NCBI GenBank assembly: GCA_021827925.1
Contig: JAKATZ010000003.1
Coordinates: 16,567-80,566 of the forward strand
Source: Candidatus Micrarchaeota archaeon
Lineage (GTDB): Archaea; Micrarchaeota; Micrarchaeia; Micrarchaeales; CABMGC01
Reading direction: 5' to 3'
DNA: 64,000 bases
The position numbers and the translations under genes were made by a program. The notes beneath the pieces were generated by a model. It was given only the letters and a program-made list of their open reading frames with translations. It ran no database searches and was not told the DNA's origin. Positions 1 through 8,212 of this stretch are shown here, piece by piece (position 1 is the first letter of the stretch; every line of letters starts with the position of its first letter).

Positions 1-82
1 CCCTCCTTCTGCCATTCACTCACGCGTGATGCACTTTAAGGTGTTGGAAAAACTATATATAGCTTGTATTCAAAATTAATTC

Positions 83-1153
83 ATGGGCGGCTTTGATAGT
101 GCCAGAAGGCTGTTGGGGCTAGCTTATGAAGCGGCAATGAGCAACTTCGGATCGCTTGAATGTCCTTACAAGCTCACTTTCTCGGTAACTTACCTCTGCC
201 AGTCGCGATGCAAGACCTGTAATATATGGCAGATCAAGCCTAGAGACGAGCTCGGTCTTGCCGAGGTAAAAGAGTTCGCTTCTAAGAACAGGGGATTCAG
301 GTGGATAGAGATAACAGGAGGAGAGCCATTCCTCAGAAGTGATATAGTTGAGATAGTCAGGGCGTTCTGGGACAGCTCCGCAGGATTGTATGTTGTGACC
401 ATGCCCACGAATTCGCTGTGCAACCACGATATGGTGGTGGGAAAGGTACGCCAGATGCTTGAGATGGGAATACCTAAGATCTCCATCACGGTAAGCCTTG
501 ACGGATACAGGGAATTGCACGACAATGTGAGGGGCATATCTGGAAATTTTGACAGGTGCATTGAAATGTTCAGGAAGTTAAGCGAACTTAAAAAGAGTTA
601 TGGAAACCTTTTCTTAGTATTTGGTTATACAATGAGCAAATATAACCAGGGAGAATTGGAGAAAACATTCAATGAAGTGAAGAAGGAGATACCTTGGATC
701 ACCCATAACGATTTTCATATAAACATGGGACAGATCTCCGACAGTTACTACAGGAATGGGTCCATTGACCTCTCCCCTGACAGGGAATTCGCTGCTGCGG
801 AGATAAAGGAATTCGTATCCAGGCGGAATTTCCAGCCAGGCATGATACCTATCATTGAGGGAATATTCCTAAAAAAGCTATCAGAGTATGTTAGGACTGC
901 AAGGCAGCCCATGAAGAGCAAGAGCCTTGACGCTTCCCTCTTCCTTGACAGTTATGGGAACGTTTATCCCTCAATAATGTGGAGCAGGAAGATCGGAAAT
1001 ATAAGGGAAACAGGCTACTCCCTGGGAGAGATATGGAAGAACAGCGAAGCGGAAGAGGTTAGGAAGATAATAAATGAAGGCAGGGAACCCGTAAGCTGGA
1101 CTGCGTGCGAAGCGTACCAGTCAATAGTCGGGAATGTGAAGGGGATTATATAG
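83..1153 (+). CDS. radical SAM enzyme, substrate unknown
   Basis: 356-aa ORF. CxxxCxxC triad in 'YLCQSRCKTCNIW' and a GGE SAM-binding motif in 'EITGGEPFL'. The C-terminal region has further Cys ('WTACEAY'). Confidence 0.7.
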   Translation: MGGFDSARRLLGLAYEAAMSNFGSLECPYKLTFSVTYLCQSRCKTCNIWQIKPRDELGLAEVKEFASKNRGFRWIEITGGEPFLRSDIVEIVRAFWDSSAGLYVVTMPTNSLCNHDMVVGKVRQMLEMGIPKISITVSLDGYRELHDNVRGISGNFDRCIEMFRKLSELKKSYGNLFLVFGYTMSKYNQGELEKTFNEVKKEIPWITHNDFHINMGQISDSYYRNGSIDLSPDREFAAAEIKEFVSRRNFQPGMIPIIEGIFLKKLSEYVRTARQPMKSKSLDASLFLDSYGNVYPSIMWSRKIGNIRETGYSLGEIWKNSEAEEVRKIINEGREPVSWTACEAYQSIVGNVKGII

Positions 1154-1964
1154 CTTCAGCGCCGGCCATAAAATCGAGGAGAAGCGTGGCGGTTTTTTCA
1201 GGGTTTGAATAATGGGGAGTGTGTCCCGCGCCTTCTACAAGCTCTAGCCTGCTTTTCTTTATGTAAACATTGAACTTTGAAGAGTATTCAGTCTTGACTG
1301 TGGTGTCATCTGTTCCCCAGATTATAAGTACAGGAACGTTTATCGAAGCGAGGCTCTCCCTGGTAAGGTGTTCGTGATCCCGCTCAAAGTCATCCTCAAG
1401 TATGCTTCTTATTACATGCTCTTTGGCGTTTAGCCTTATGCCGTCCTCAAGAAGCCTGTTCCTCCTGCTCTCCCTGGTGCCTTCATTTGACATTCCTTCA
1501 AAGTAATCCTTCAGTCCTGCAGGATCCTCGAGTATCAGCCCTTTGCATGCATGCCCTTTCTGAGCGTATATGGCAGCTATCCAGCCCCCGTATGAGTGCC
1601 CGAACACAAAGCTCTCTGGCAGTCCTTTCCTCTCAATAAATTCACTAAGTACTGATACTTGCAGGTCTACGTCGTACTCGATCCGTGGGGCATCTGAAAA
1701 TCCGTGCCCGAGGAGGTCTATCAGATAAACACTGATAGAATCTGGGAGATACGCAATGAGTTTGCGCCAGGTCCGTGTATTGACTGCTAGCCCATGGAGG
1801 AATATGACGCTCGCCCCTGTCCCCTTATGCTCAAGGTAGTGTATGTACCCCTTGCTAGTCAGCATCCGTCTCTCCAGAAGGTCTTTTTCATAATTCGTCT
1901 TATACACCAATAATTTAAGCAGCGGCTTGCGATGGTTGATGACCGTGGGCCTCTTTATTTTCAT
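1146..1964 (-). CDS. alpha/beta-fold hydrolase
   Basis: 'IFLHGL' HG oxyanion motif, 'GHSYGG' G-x-S-x-G nucleophile elbow, C-terminal 'GAGHTPH' His. Start placed at the internal ATG (MKIKRP); the track ORF runs to 2090 with an implausible Cys/Arg-rich extension. The 3' end overlaps the radical SAM gene by 8 nt (convergent). Confidence 0.7.
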   Translation of the reverse strand: MKIKRPTVINHRKPLLKLLVYKTNYEKDLLERRMLTSKGYIHYLEHKGTGASVIFLHGLAVNTRTWRKLIAYLPDSISVYLIDLLGHGFSDAPRIEYDVDLQVSVLSEFIERKGLPESFVFGHSYGGWIAAIYAQKGHACKGLILEDPAGLKDYFEGMSNEGTRESRRNRLLEDGIRLNAKEHVIRSILEDDFERDHEHLTRESLASINVPVLIIWGTDDTTVKTEYSSKFNVYIKKSRLELVEGAGHTPHYSNPEKTATLLLDFMAGAEAI

Positions 1965-2154
1965 TTGGATTTTTCTCCTGTCCTGTCCCTTTTCCTCAGT
2001 GCGATAGAGAGCGCAGCAGCCGCAGCTATTCTTGCATCGTCTGCTCCCTCCTGCAAGGATCCGGCCATCGTCCCGGTGCGAAAATAACAAGCATCTTCCC
2101 TCCTTCGCGCGGCGGCAAGACCGCGTACCTGTACCATATATCTTATTTGCGGGG

Positions 2155-2180
2155 ATCTTTGCATAGAATCACGCAAAGAT
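2155..2180. repeat. 8-bp perfect inverted repeat ATCTTTGC-N10-GCAAAGAT in a divergent promoter region
   Basis: Read directly: atctttgc at 2155-2162 and gcaaagat at 2173-2180, in the AT-rich spacer between the hydrolase (-) and the 2360 ORF (+). Confidence 0.5.
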
Positions 2181-2359
2181 AATTGGAGATTATCATTTAT
2201 TATATTTTGTATGATGGCAGAGATTTCAAGCGGCGCAGAAACTTTCAAAAGTGCATATTTTATTCTATTTTTACAGCATAGTCATCCTTTCACGGCCACA
2301 ATGGATCGGCTATTAATTTTTTAAATTTTTAGACGACAAAAAGACAGAAAAGCTTATAT

Positions 2360-2719
2360 ATGGGCAAAGATTTAGCATGGTATGAAGCTGATCGCATGGG
2401 ACAGGGGATGAAAGCAGAACAACCGAAAACAGACAGGCAGGTTATTGACCGCAATGCTTTGGAGTTAATGGAAAGCTGCAAAAAGCTTAGGAGGGGTGCG
2501 TTGATAGCCGCTATGACAGCCGGAACATCGGCTATTGGAGGGATTTGGACTGCCGTAGCAGATAAGACTAGCGGGCAGGGTTTTCATACCGCCCCTATCG
2601 TAGTTTGCAGCACCTTTTTGGTTGCTTGGTCAGGATTTGTGGCGATTAGATTCTCAGGCAGCGCCGCTAAGGTAAAAGCCGCACTTCCGGACATCCGAAT
2701 ACAGGACAGGAAAAAATAA
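2360..2719 (+). CDS. hypothetical small membrane protein
   Basis: 119-aa ORF with an ATG start and two hydrophobic segments ('GALIAAMTAGTSAIGGIWTAV', 'APIVVCSTFLVAWSGFVAI'). No recognisable family. Confidence 0.4.
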   Translation: MGKDLAWYEADRMGQGMKAEQPKTDRQVIDRNALELMESCKKLRRGALIAAMTAGTSAIGGIWTAVADKTSGQGFHTAPIVVCSTFLVAWSGFVAIRFSGSAAKVKAALPDIRIQDRKK

Positions 2720-2733
2720 TATAGGGTTTGAAA

Positions 2734-3570
2734 ATGAAAGTGAAGATAGCTGTAGTTCAGTTTGAGATAAAGCAGTTCTCCCCCAAGGAGAATCTGGAGC
2801 GAGCTGGAATGTTCGTAAAAGATGCTGCATATTCAAAGGCAGACATTATTGTGTTTCCGGAGGATTTTCTTACAGGCCCGATTATAGGCAAAAGGGAATA
2901 TGCAGACAGGGATAACGAATATCTCAGGTTTTTCCAGAGAGCTGCGAAAAAGAACCGGATAGACATAGTGCCAGGAAGCATTATAGAGGAGGAGAACGGA
3001 AGCCTTTACAACGTCGCATATTACATAAGTTCGAACGGAAAGGTGAAGGCAAAGTACAGAAAGATCAATCTATGGCTTCCGTAACGGAAGTATCTTACTC
3101 CTGGAAATGAGCTTGCCGTATTCAATACAAGATATGGGAAAATAGGCCTTGCCATCTGCTGGGATCTCGCATTCCCCGAGATGTTCAGGAAGATGACACT
3201 ACGCGGAGCGAGAATTGTAATATGCCCATCATACTGGGCGCAGGAAGATGCCGGGATAGGACTAAAATATGATAGGGCATCAGAAGTTAAGTTTGTCAAC
3301 TCCGTTTGCGCAAGCAGAGCCTTTGAGAACTGCATTGCGCTGGTGTACTGCAACCCTGCAGGCGAACTGCACGTGAAGAAAGGCAGGAGATTTATTAATG
3401 AGGCACTGATAGGGAACTCGCAGGTAACGATTCCGTTTAGAGGTTGTATAAAGAGGCTGGACCACAACAAGGAGGAGATGTTTATAGAAGAGATAGATAC
3501 AGCGATTCTTTCAGATGCCGAGAGAAACTATAAGATCAGAAAGGATCTTAAGTCGAGGGTGCTTTCATAG
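2734..3570 (+). pseudogene. carbon-nitrogen hydrolase (nitrilase superfamily) interrupted by an in-frame TAA at 3082-3084
   Basis: Track ORFs 2728-3084 and 3181-3570 are in the same frame. Reading through the TAA gives the continuous sequence ...KYRKINLWLP*RKYLTPGNELAVFNTRYGKIGLAICWDLAFPEMF.... Catalytic Glu ('VFPEDF'), Lys ('YRKINL') and Cys ('AICWD') are all present. The Cys lies between the stop and the next ATG. Confidence 0.75.
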
Positions 3571-3588
3571 CAGATGACAGTGGTCTGC

Positions 3589-4434
3589 TTATCTTTCAAA
3601 AAGAGATCGGAGTACTAGGAACATATTGCTTGCTTCGCGAAGCCTGCGGTATGAATACTGCAGCCACATCTCCCCGAAGGGAACGTATATGACAACGTTC
3701 ATCCCTTTCTTTGAAAGCTTCTCCGCATAGCCATTCCTTATGCCCTTCAGCATACCGAACGAGAGTTCAGTATGATGATTTTTGCTTAGCAGTATTGCCC
3801 CATCCAGAAGCCTTTCGTCGTGAGTTGCTATCATAAAACGCTTCGAATTTGAAAAAAGGTACCGCATCAGTCTTTCATAGTTTTTTGTGCGTTCTTCCCT
3901 CGATACAAAGGCTATGCTGCTATCTTCCTTATATGCTCCTTTCACGAGGCGTATGACTGCTCTTTTCCTGACCAGGCGTTTCAGGTCCTCTGCGCTTCGT
4001 CGAAGATATGATTGAATACATATGCCCACTCCTCCACGCAGAACCTCGGTCTCGTACAGAGAGATCGTTCTGTCGACGTAATCATGCGATTCCATGTCAA
4101 GCCATACGAAGATTCCCACTTTCCTTGCGGCTTTCACTATCTTTGAATAGTTCGCACGCGCGATTTCCTCACTGATCCCCATGCCCAGCTGCGTCGGCTT
4201 TAGGGCAATAGATGCCTTTAGCTTCTCCGCTGCAATCCTGGTCAGCAATGATTCATACACCTTCACTGTCTTGCTCACATCCGCTGGATCTGAGAAATCC
4301 TCTCCCAGATAGTTAAGCTCCGCCTCAAGTCCCTTGTCATTAATCATCGCGGCTGTTTTTAACGCGTCCCTTATTCCGGGCCCGGCAATCCACCTTCCTG
4401 CAATAAGACGTTCCGCAAACGCACTGGTTTTCAT
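3589..4434 (-). CDS. proline dehydrogenase family protein (PutA catalytic-domain-like)
   Basis: 281 aa. Family-typical strings 'NYLGE', 'LKPTQLG', 'IRLVKGAY', 'IATHD', 'FGMLKG', 'YVPFGEMWLQYSYRRLRE'. Confidence 0.7.
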   Translation of the reverse strand: MKTSAFAERLIAGRWIAGPGIRDALKTAAMINDKGLEAELNYLGEDFSDPADVSKTVKVYESLLTRIAAEKLKASIALKPTQLGMGISEEIARANYSKIVKAARKVGIFVWLDMESHDYVDRTISLYETEVLRGGVGICIQSYLRRSAEDLKRLVRKRAVIRLVKGAYKEDSSIAFVSREERTKNYERLMRYLFSNSKRFMIATHDERLLDGAILLSKNHHTELSFGMLKGIRNGYAEKLSKKGMNVVIYVPFGEMWLQYSYRRLREASNMFLVLRSLFER

Positions 4435-4501
4435 CGGCTATGAATTGGAGCGCATAATTTAATATTGTGCATGTTGCTGTCGCTGTGCAGGACCAGGCCA
4501 G

Positions 4502-4533
4502 AAACTATAAGGATTACCGGAACAAACTATAAG
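4502..4533. repeat. 10-nt direct repeat AAACTATAAG x2 (22-nt period) upstream of the proline dehydrogenase gene
   Basis: Read directly: aaactataag at 4502-4511 and 4524-4533, inside the unusually long (about 250 bp) spacer 4435-4683. Confidence 0.5.
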
Positions 4534-4683
4534 AAATCTTTTGTTCACTATGCTAGTGATTTTAGGATACCTCGGTGTTGGATGGGATATCGGCAAGAAG
4601 GTCACAGGCATAGTGTTAATCCAGACGTACAGAAACTGAGGGCGGACGCTTTGTCGCGAGTGACACCACCATTCCCGCGGGGC

Positions 4684-5949
4684 TTAAGCCTTGGTGTTCC
4701 TTCCAAGTCTTTTATGGGCCTTTCCAAGCTCTCTGTTCGAAAGTGCAGCGAGAAGATTGAGTTCACCGGAGAGGACCGCCGCTGCCATGATCTCTGCGAG
4801 CTTCAGGGAGTTTGAGCCTTTCGGCTCTCCGCTTCCGTATGCGCCTAGCATAGACAACGCTTCTCTCTGGACAGGAAGGCCCGTTCCTCCGCCGATAGTG
4901 CCGACCTCAAGCGAGGTTAGCGTTACTGATATGTAAAGACCATTGCCGCGAACTTCTGTCCAGGTATATCCGCTGCTGCTCTCCACAACTTGGGCAGGGT
5001 CCTGGCCCGTTGCTATGAACATCGCGGCTATGGAATTCGCGAAATGTGCATTGTATTTGGAGCTTCCAGCCCTCGCGCTGCCAAGCCAGTTCTTCCGCAG
5101 GTTAAGATCATTTATCTCCATTGCGTTTGCACCATTGAAGATCTCTGAAAGAACGTTCCCAGGTATGATGGCTTCGGCGATCACAGTTTTTCCCCTACCG
5201 AAAAGGCTGTTGACAAAGGATTCTTTTTTGTCCGAGCAAAGATTACCACTAATGGCAATAAGCCTTGCCCTTGCGAATTTCTCTTCGATGTGGCTGCATG
5301 CGGTTTCGGTAGCGATCGTAACCATGTTCATACCCATCGCGTCTCCGGTGTCATAGCCAAACCTCAGCCATACATTGTTGCCCAGAACGAAAGGCATTAT
5401 GCCTTTCGGAGTTCCGTTGTTCGTTGTCCCTCCGGCTATGCGCAGTATTTCTTCCTTGTTTTTTTCAATCCAATCGAGGAAATCTTCAACGTCAGATATG
5501 GACTCCAGACGGAATACTGGACCGCGGGTCATCATGTTCCCTATCACGCGAACCGTAGCGCCGCCGGAGGATGTTATTGCCTTAGCACCGCGGTTCACAC
5601 TGGCAATCAGTGCGCCTTCTGTTGTGGCCATGGGAACGTAAAACTTGCCTTTGGCATGCTTTCCGTTTACTTCAAGAGGCCCGGCAGCACCCATGGGAAT
5701 GCTCACGGATCCGAATACATTTTCGGCATTCTTGCCGACTATCGCAGAGTAGTCTATAAATGGTGACTTGGCATGACGTATCTCTACGCCCAGTATGCGT
5801 TCTAGAGCTAGGCGCCTGACCTCCGCTGCTCCCTGAGGATCAACATATTCGTCCACCTTGTTAAGGGGAACCTCCCCACTAGACACTTTTTTAACAACAT
5901 CATCGATGATGGCCTTTCTGGCCTTCTCTGCTCCTTTGGACCCAGTCAT
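4684..5949 (-). CDS. hmgA: 3-hydroxy-3-methylglutaryl-CoA reductase, class I
   Basis: 421 aa. '[17 protein letters not shown]', 'DAMGMNMV' and '[10 protein letters not shown]' motifs of class-I HMGR. Confidence 0.9.
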   Translation of the reverse strand: MTGSKGAEKARKAIIDDVVKKVSSGEVPLNKVDEYVDPQGAAEVRRLALERILGVEIRHAKSPFIDYSAIVGKNAENVFGSVSIPMGAAGPLEVNGKHAKGKFYVPMATTEGALIASVNRGAKAITSSGGATVRVIGNMMTRGPVFRLESISDVEDFLDWIEKNKEEILRIAGGTTNNGTPKGIMPFVLGNNVWLRFGYDTGDAMGMNMVTIATETACSHIEEKFARARLIAISGNLCSDKKESFVNSLFGRGKTVIAEAIIPGNVLSEIFNGANAMEINDLNLRKNWLGSARAGSSKYNAHFANSIAAMFIATGQDPAQVVESSSGYTWTEVRGNGLYISVTLTSLEVGTIGGGTGLPVQREALSMLGAYGSGEPKGSNSLKLAEIMAAAVLSGELNLLAALSNRELGKAHKRLGRNTKA

Positions 5950-6067
5950 GCATATACTCGGATAGGTGGCAATATAAGCTTTTCAGTGAATTCGCTTCTC
6001 GTACACGCCGGCATCCCAGTGCTTTTATACCTTGCCTGCCAATGATAATCGATAGTTCGGTAGGAAG

Positions 6068-6685
6068 ATGGTTGTTCACAATAAGGCAAAGGAAGGGCTT
6101 TACCAAAGGATTGACAATAGCATTATGGCAGGGGTAAACGCAGGAGTGAGGACGTGGAACAGGACTACTGGCAGAACCAGGGCTGATCTCGCAAATCTCA
6201 TGGCCTATGCTTCTAACATCTCGATAACCGCATCCATGTTCTTCATCTGCAGCAGGGAGTACAGGCCGTTGGTGATAATGGCCGGAGGAATTCTCCTTTT
6301 TCATACATCGCTAATATCGGTACCTAAAAACAAGGAGCTTGACGAGAAAGAATCTGAGTCTCTGCGCGGAGGAACATATAGCCTTGAGGCTGAAGCTGAA
6401 AAGAACCTGATGAGGCTTACTGCTCCAGCTACAGTGGCTTCTGCGCCGCTCGCATACGCATTCTCATTCATGCCCCCATTTTTTATCGATGGCGGAGCTT
6501 CTCTTCCCCACATGGTATTTGCAGAATCTACGGTGGCCTTTGGTGCTTCGGAGTACATCATGCGCGCAGATTGCGTCACTCCTAACGGGGGCGCATTTGC
6601 CAAGAGCATCGAAGCACTGAAGAGGGCTATCAGGGAACTGCACCCAGTCTCGGTGTCAGTGCTTAGATCTGCACCTAGAAGCTAG
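6068..6685 (+). CDS. hypothetical membrane protein
   Basis: 205-aa ORF with hydrophobic segments. No recognisable motif. Confidence 0.3.
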   Translation: MVVHNKAKEGLYQRIDNSIMAGVNAGVRTWNRTTGRTRADLANLMAYASNISITASMFFICSREYRPLVIMAGGILLFHTSLISVPKNKELDEKESESLRGGTYSLEAEAEKNLMRLTAPATVASAPLAYAFSFMPPFFIDGGASLPHMVFAESTVAFGASEYIMRADCVTPNGGAFAKSIEALKRAIRELHPVSVSVLRSAPRS

Positions 6686-6695
6686 GATAGCGTTT

Positions 6696-7580
6696 TCACG
6701 CTGACAGCGCCATTATCCCGAGCAACACCATGACTATGCCTGCTGCCTGGCTTTTCGATACATTTTCTCCTCTCAGAAGGGCCGCCAGAAGTATGGTCAC
6801 CAAGGGTGATGCCGAGCTTACCGGTGCTATTATCGCAGAGTAGTTGTAGGTAACACCTATGGTATAAAACAGCAGGCCTGCCATTGATACTACACCCATT
6901 ACCGCAAGGAGCGGAAGGAGCTTGGAATCTATTCGCATTTTAAGATTGCTGGACTTGCCGTATGCCGTGACAAAAAACAGGGTGGACGCTGATAGGAACA
7001 GTGCTGTAGGAAACCAGCCTATTGACCTTGATACGAATGCCACTATGAACAGGGCTGAGCCAAAACCGATGGATGCGACAACAGCATACAATGATCCCGC
7101 AGCCGGTTTACCTCTCCGCGCAAGGATCTCGGAGGGTTTTATAGAGATGATAACCGTTCCTGCGATTATCATCCCGATCTCTGCGGCCTGGATTGCGGAC
7201 ACTTTCTCTCCGAGTAATATGAATCCCAGTATTGCGGTGATGGCTCCCCACGTATTTCCGATGGTGGCTATGACAGAGATCTTTCCTGATTCGAAACCCT
7301 TTGTGAAGGATAGCCAGGCTATGACTGAAAGAAGGCCTGCAGACACCAGGAGAAGAATATCGAAAGCGCTTATGCCATGGTATCCCGAGAGGAATACTGA
7401 AAGAACGGCAAGGACAACGAAGGAGAAGAGCGAGAGCCAGAAAGTGCTCCTGAAGGAGCCTATCTTCGATGCTATCGTTGCCGTAAGGAAATCCAGCACA
7501 CCGAAGCTTGCCATGGAAAGGATACCCATGGCTATGCCCCCCAGTAGGTCCAATAAATCACTTGAGCAGCCGTGCTGCAC
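6696..7580 (-). CDS. EamA/DMT-superfamily transporter
   Basis: About 10 predicted TM helices in a duplicated 5+5 pattern typical of EamA. The track start is GTG; an ATG at 7529 (MGILSMASF) is an alternative start. Confidence 0.7.
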   Translation of the reverse strand: MQHGCSSDLLDLLGGIAMGILSMASFGVLDFLTATIASKIGSFRSTFWLSLFSFVVLAVLSVFLSGYHGISAFDILLLVSAGLLSVIAWLSFTKGFESGKISVIATIGNTWGAITAILGFILLGEKVSAIQAAEIGMIIAGTVIISIKPSEILARRGKPAAGSLYAVVASIGFGSALFIVAFVSRSIGWFPTALFLSASTLFFVTAYGKSSNLKMRIDSKLLPLLAVMGVVSMAGLLFYTIGVTYNYSAIIAPVSSASPLVTILLAALLRGENVSKSQAAGIVMVLLGIMALSA

Positions 7581-7655
7581 AAAAGTTCCGTTCTGCAGGT
7601 AAGCATTAAAACAGCGCGTATTTATCGCTTTGCATGCATTATGAGATTGATGTGA

Positions 7656-8207
7656 ATGAAGGCAGTCTTCGTTACCTCGAATAAGTTCAAAGTGAATGAG
7701 GCGAAGCGGATAACCGGTAATCTACTCCGGTACAGAAAAATGGAGTTAGACGAGATACAGGAGGTAAACATAAGAAAAGTGCTTGCCCACAAGGCACTAC
7801 AGGCTTACGATAGAATAGGGGGACGCGTTGTAATAGAAGACACAGGGATTTACATAAATGCATTCGGAGGGTTTCCGGGGGCACTTACCAAATGGATGCT
7901 GGCTTCGATGGGTTGTGAGGGCATATGTACTGCGCTGAACGGCTTCGAGGACAGAAAGGCTTATGCCGAAAGCTGCGTTGCGTTGTACGATGGAAAAAGG
8001 CTCAGGGTATTCTGCGGGACCAATGATGGCAGAATATCCGATATGCCCAGGGGAAGGAAGGGTTTCGGATTCGACTCGATATTCATTCCGGACAAGTGCG
8101 GGAAGACTTTCTCGGAGATGGGCGCTGCGGAGAAAAACCGGATCTCGCACAGAGGAATCGCTTTCAGAAAGCTCATGAAGTACCTCCTGAGTGACGGAAC
8201 CGTGTGA
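7656..8207 (+). CDS. non-canonical purine NTP pyrophosphatase (RdgB/HAM1 family)
   Basis: 183 aa. 'VTSNKFKVNE', 'EDTGIYINAFGGFPG', 'GFGFDSIFIP' and 'KNRISHRG' match the HAM1/ITPase pattern. Confidence 0.8.
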   Translation: MKAVFVTSNKFKVNEAKRITGNLLRYRKMELDEIQEVNIRKVLAHKALQAYDRIGGRVVIEDTGIYINAFGGFPGALTKWMLASMGCEGICTALNGFEDRKAYAESCVALYDGKRLRVFCGTNDGRISDMPRGRKGFGFDSIFIPDKCGKTFSEMGAAEKNRISHRGIAFRKLMKYLLSDGTV

Positions 8208-8212
8208 ATGCA

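Noticed and set aside
1965-2130. GC-rich stretch upstream of the hydrolase, considered as an RNase P or other structured RNA ('GAGGAAAAGGGAC' on the minus strand versus CR-I 'GAGGAAAGUCC')
   Set aside because: It is only a partial resemblance to one conserved region. No CR-IV/CR-V counterparts were seen. The stretch is also consistent with a spurious N-terminal ORF extension (1965-2090).
3082-3084. In-frame stop in the nitrilase gene as programmed recoding (selenocysteine or pyrrolysine)
   Set aside because: The codon is TAA, not TGA or TAG. It replaces a conserved Glu (GAA). Nonsense mutation or sequencing error is the simpler explanation.
4465-4815. 116-aa plus-strand ORF in the hmgA-prodh spacer
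   Set aside because: Its 3' third overlaps the hmgA coding region antisense. It is rich in Arg/Cys/Ser with no motif. A 50-aa minus-strand ORF in the same spacer is equally unsupported.
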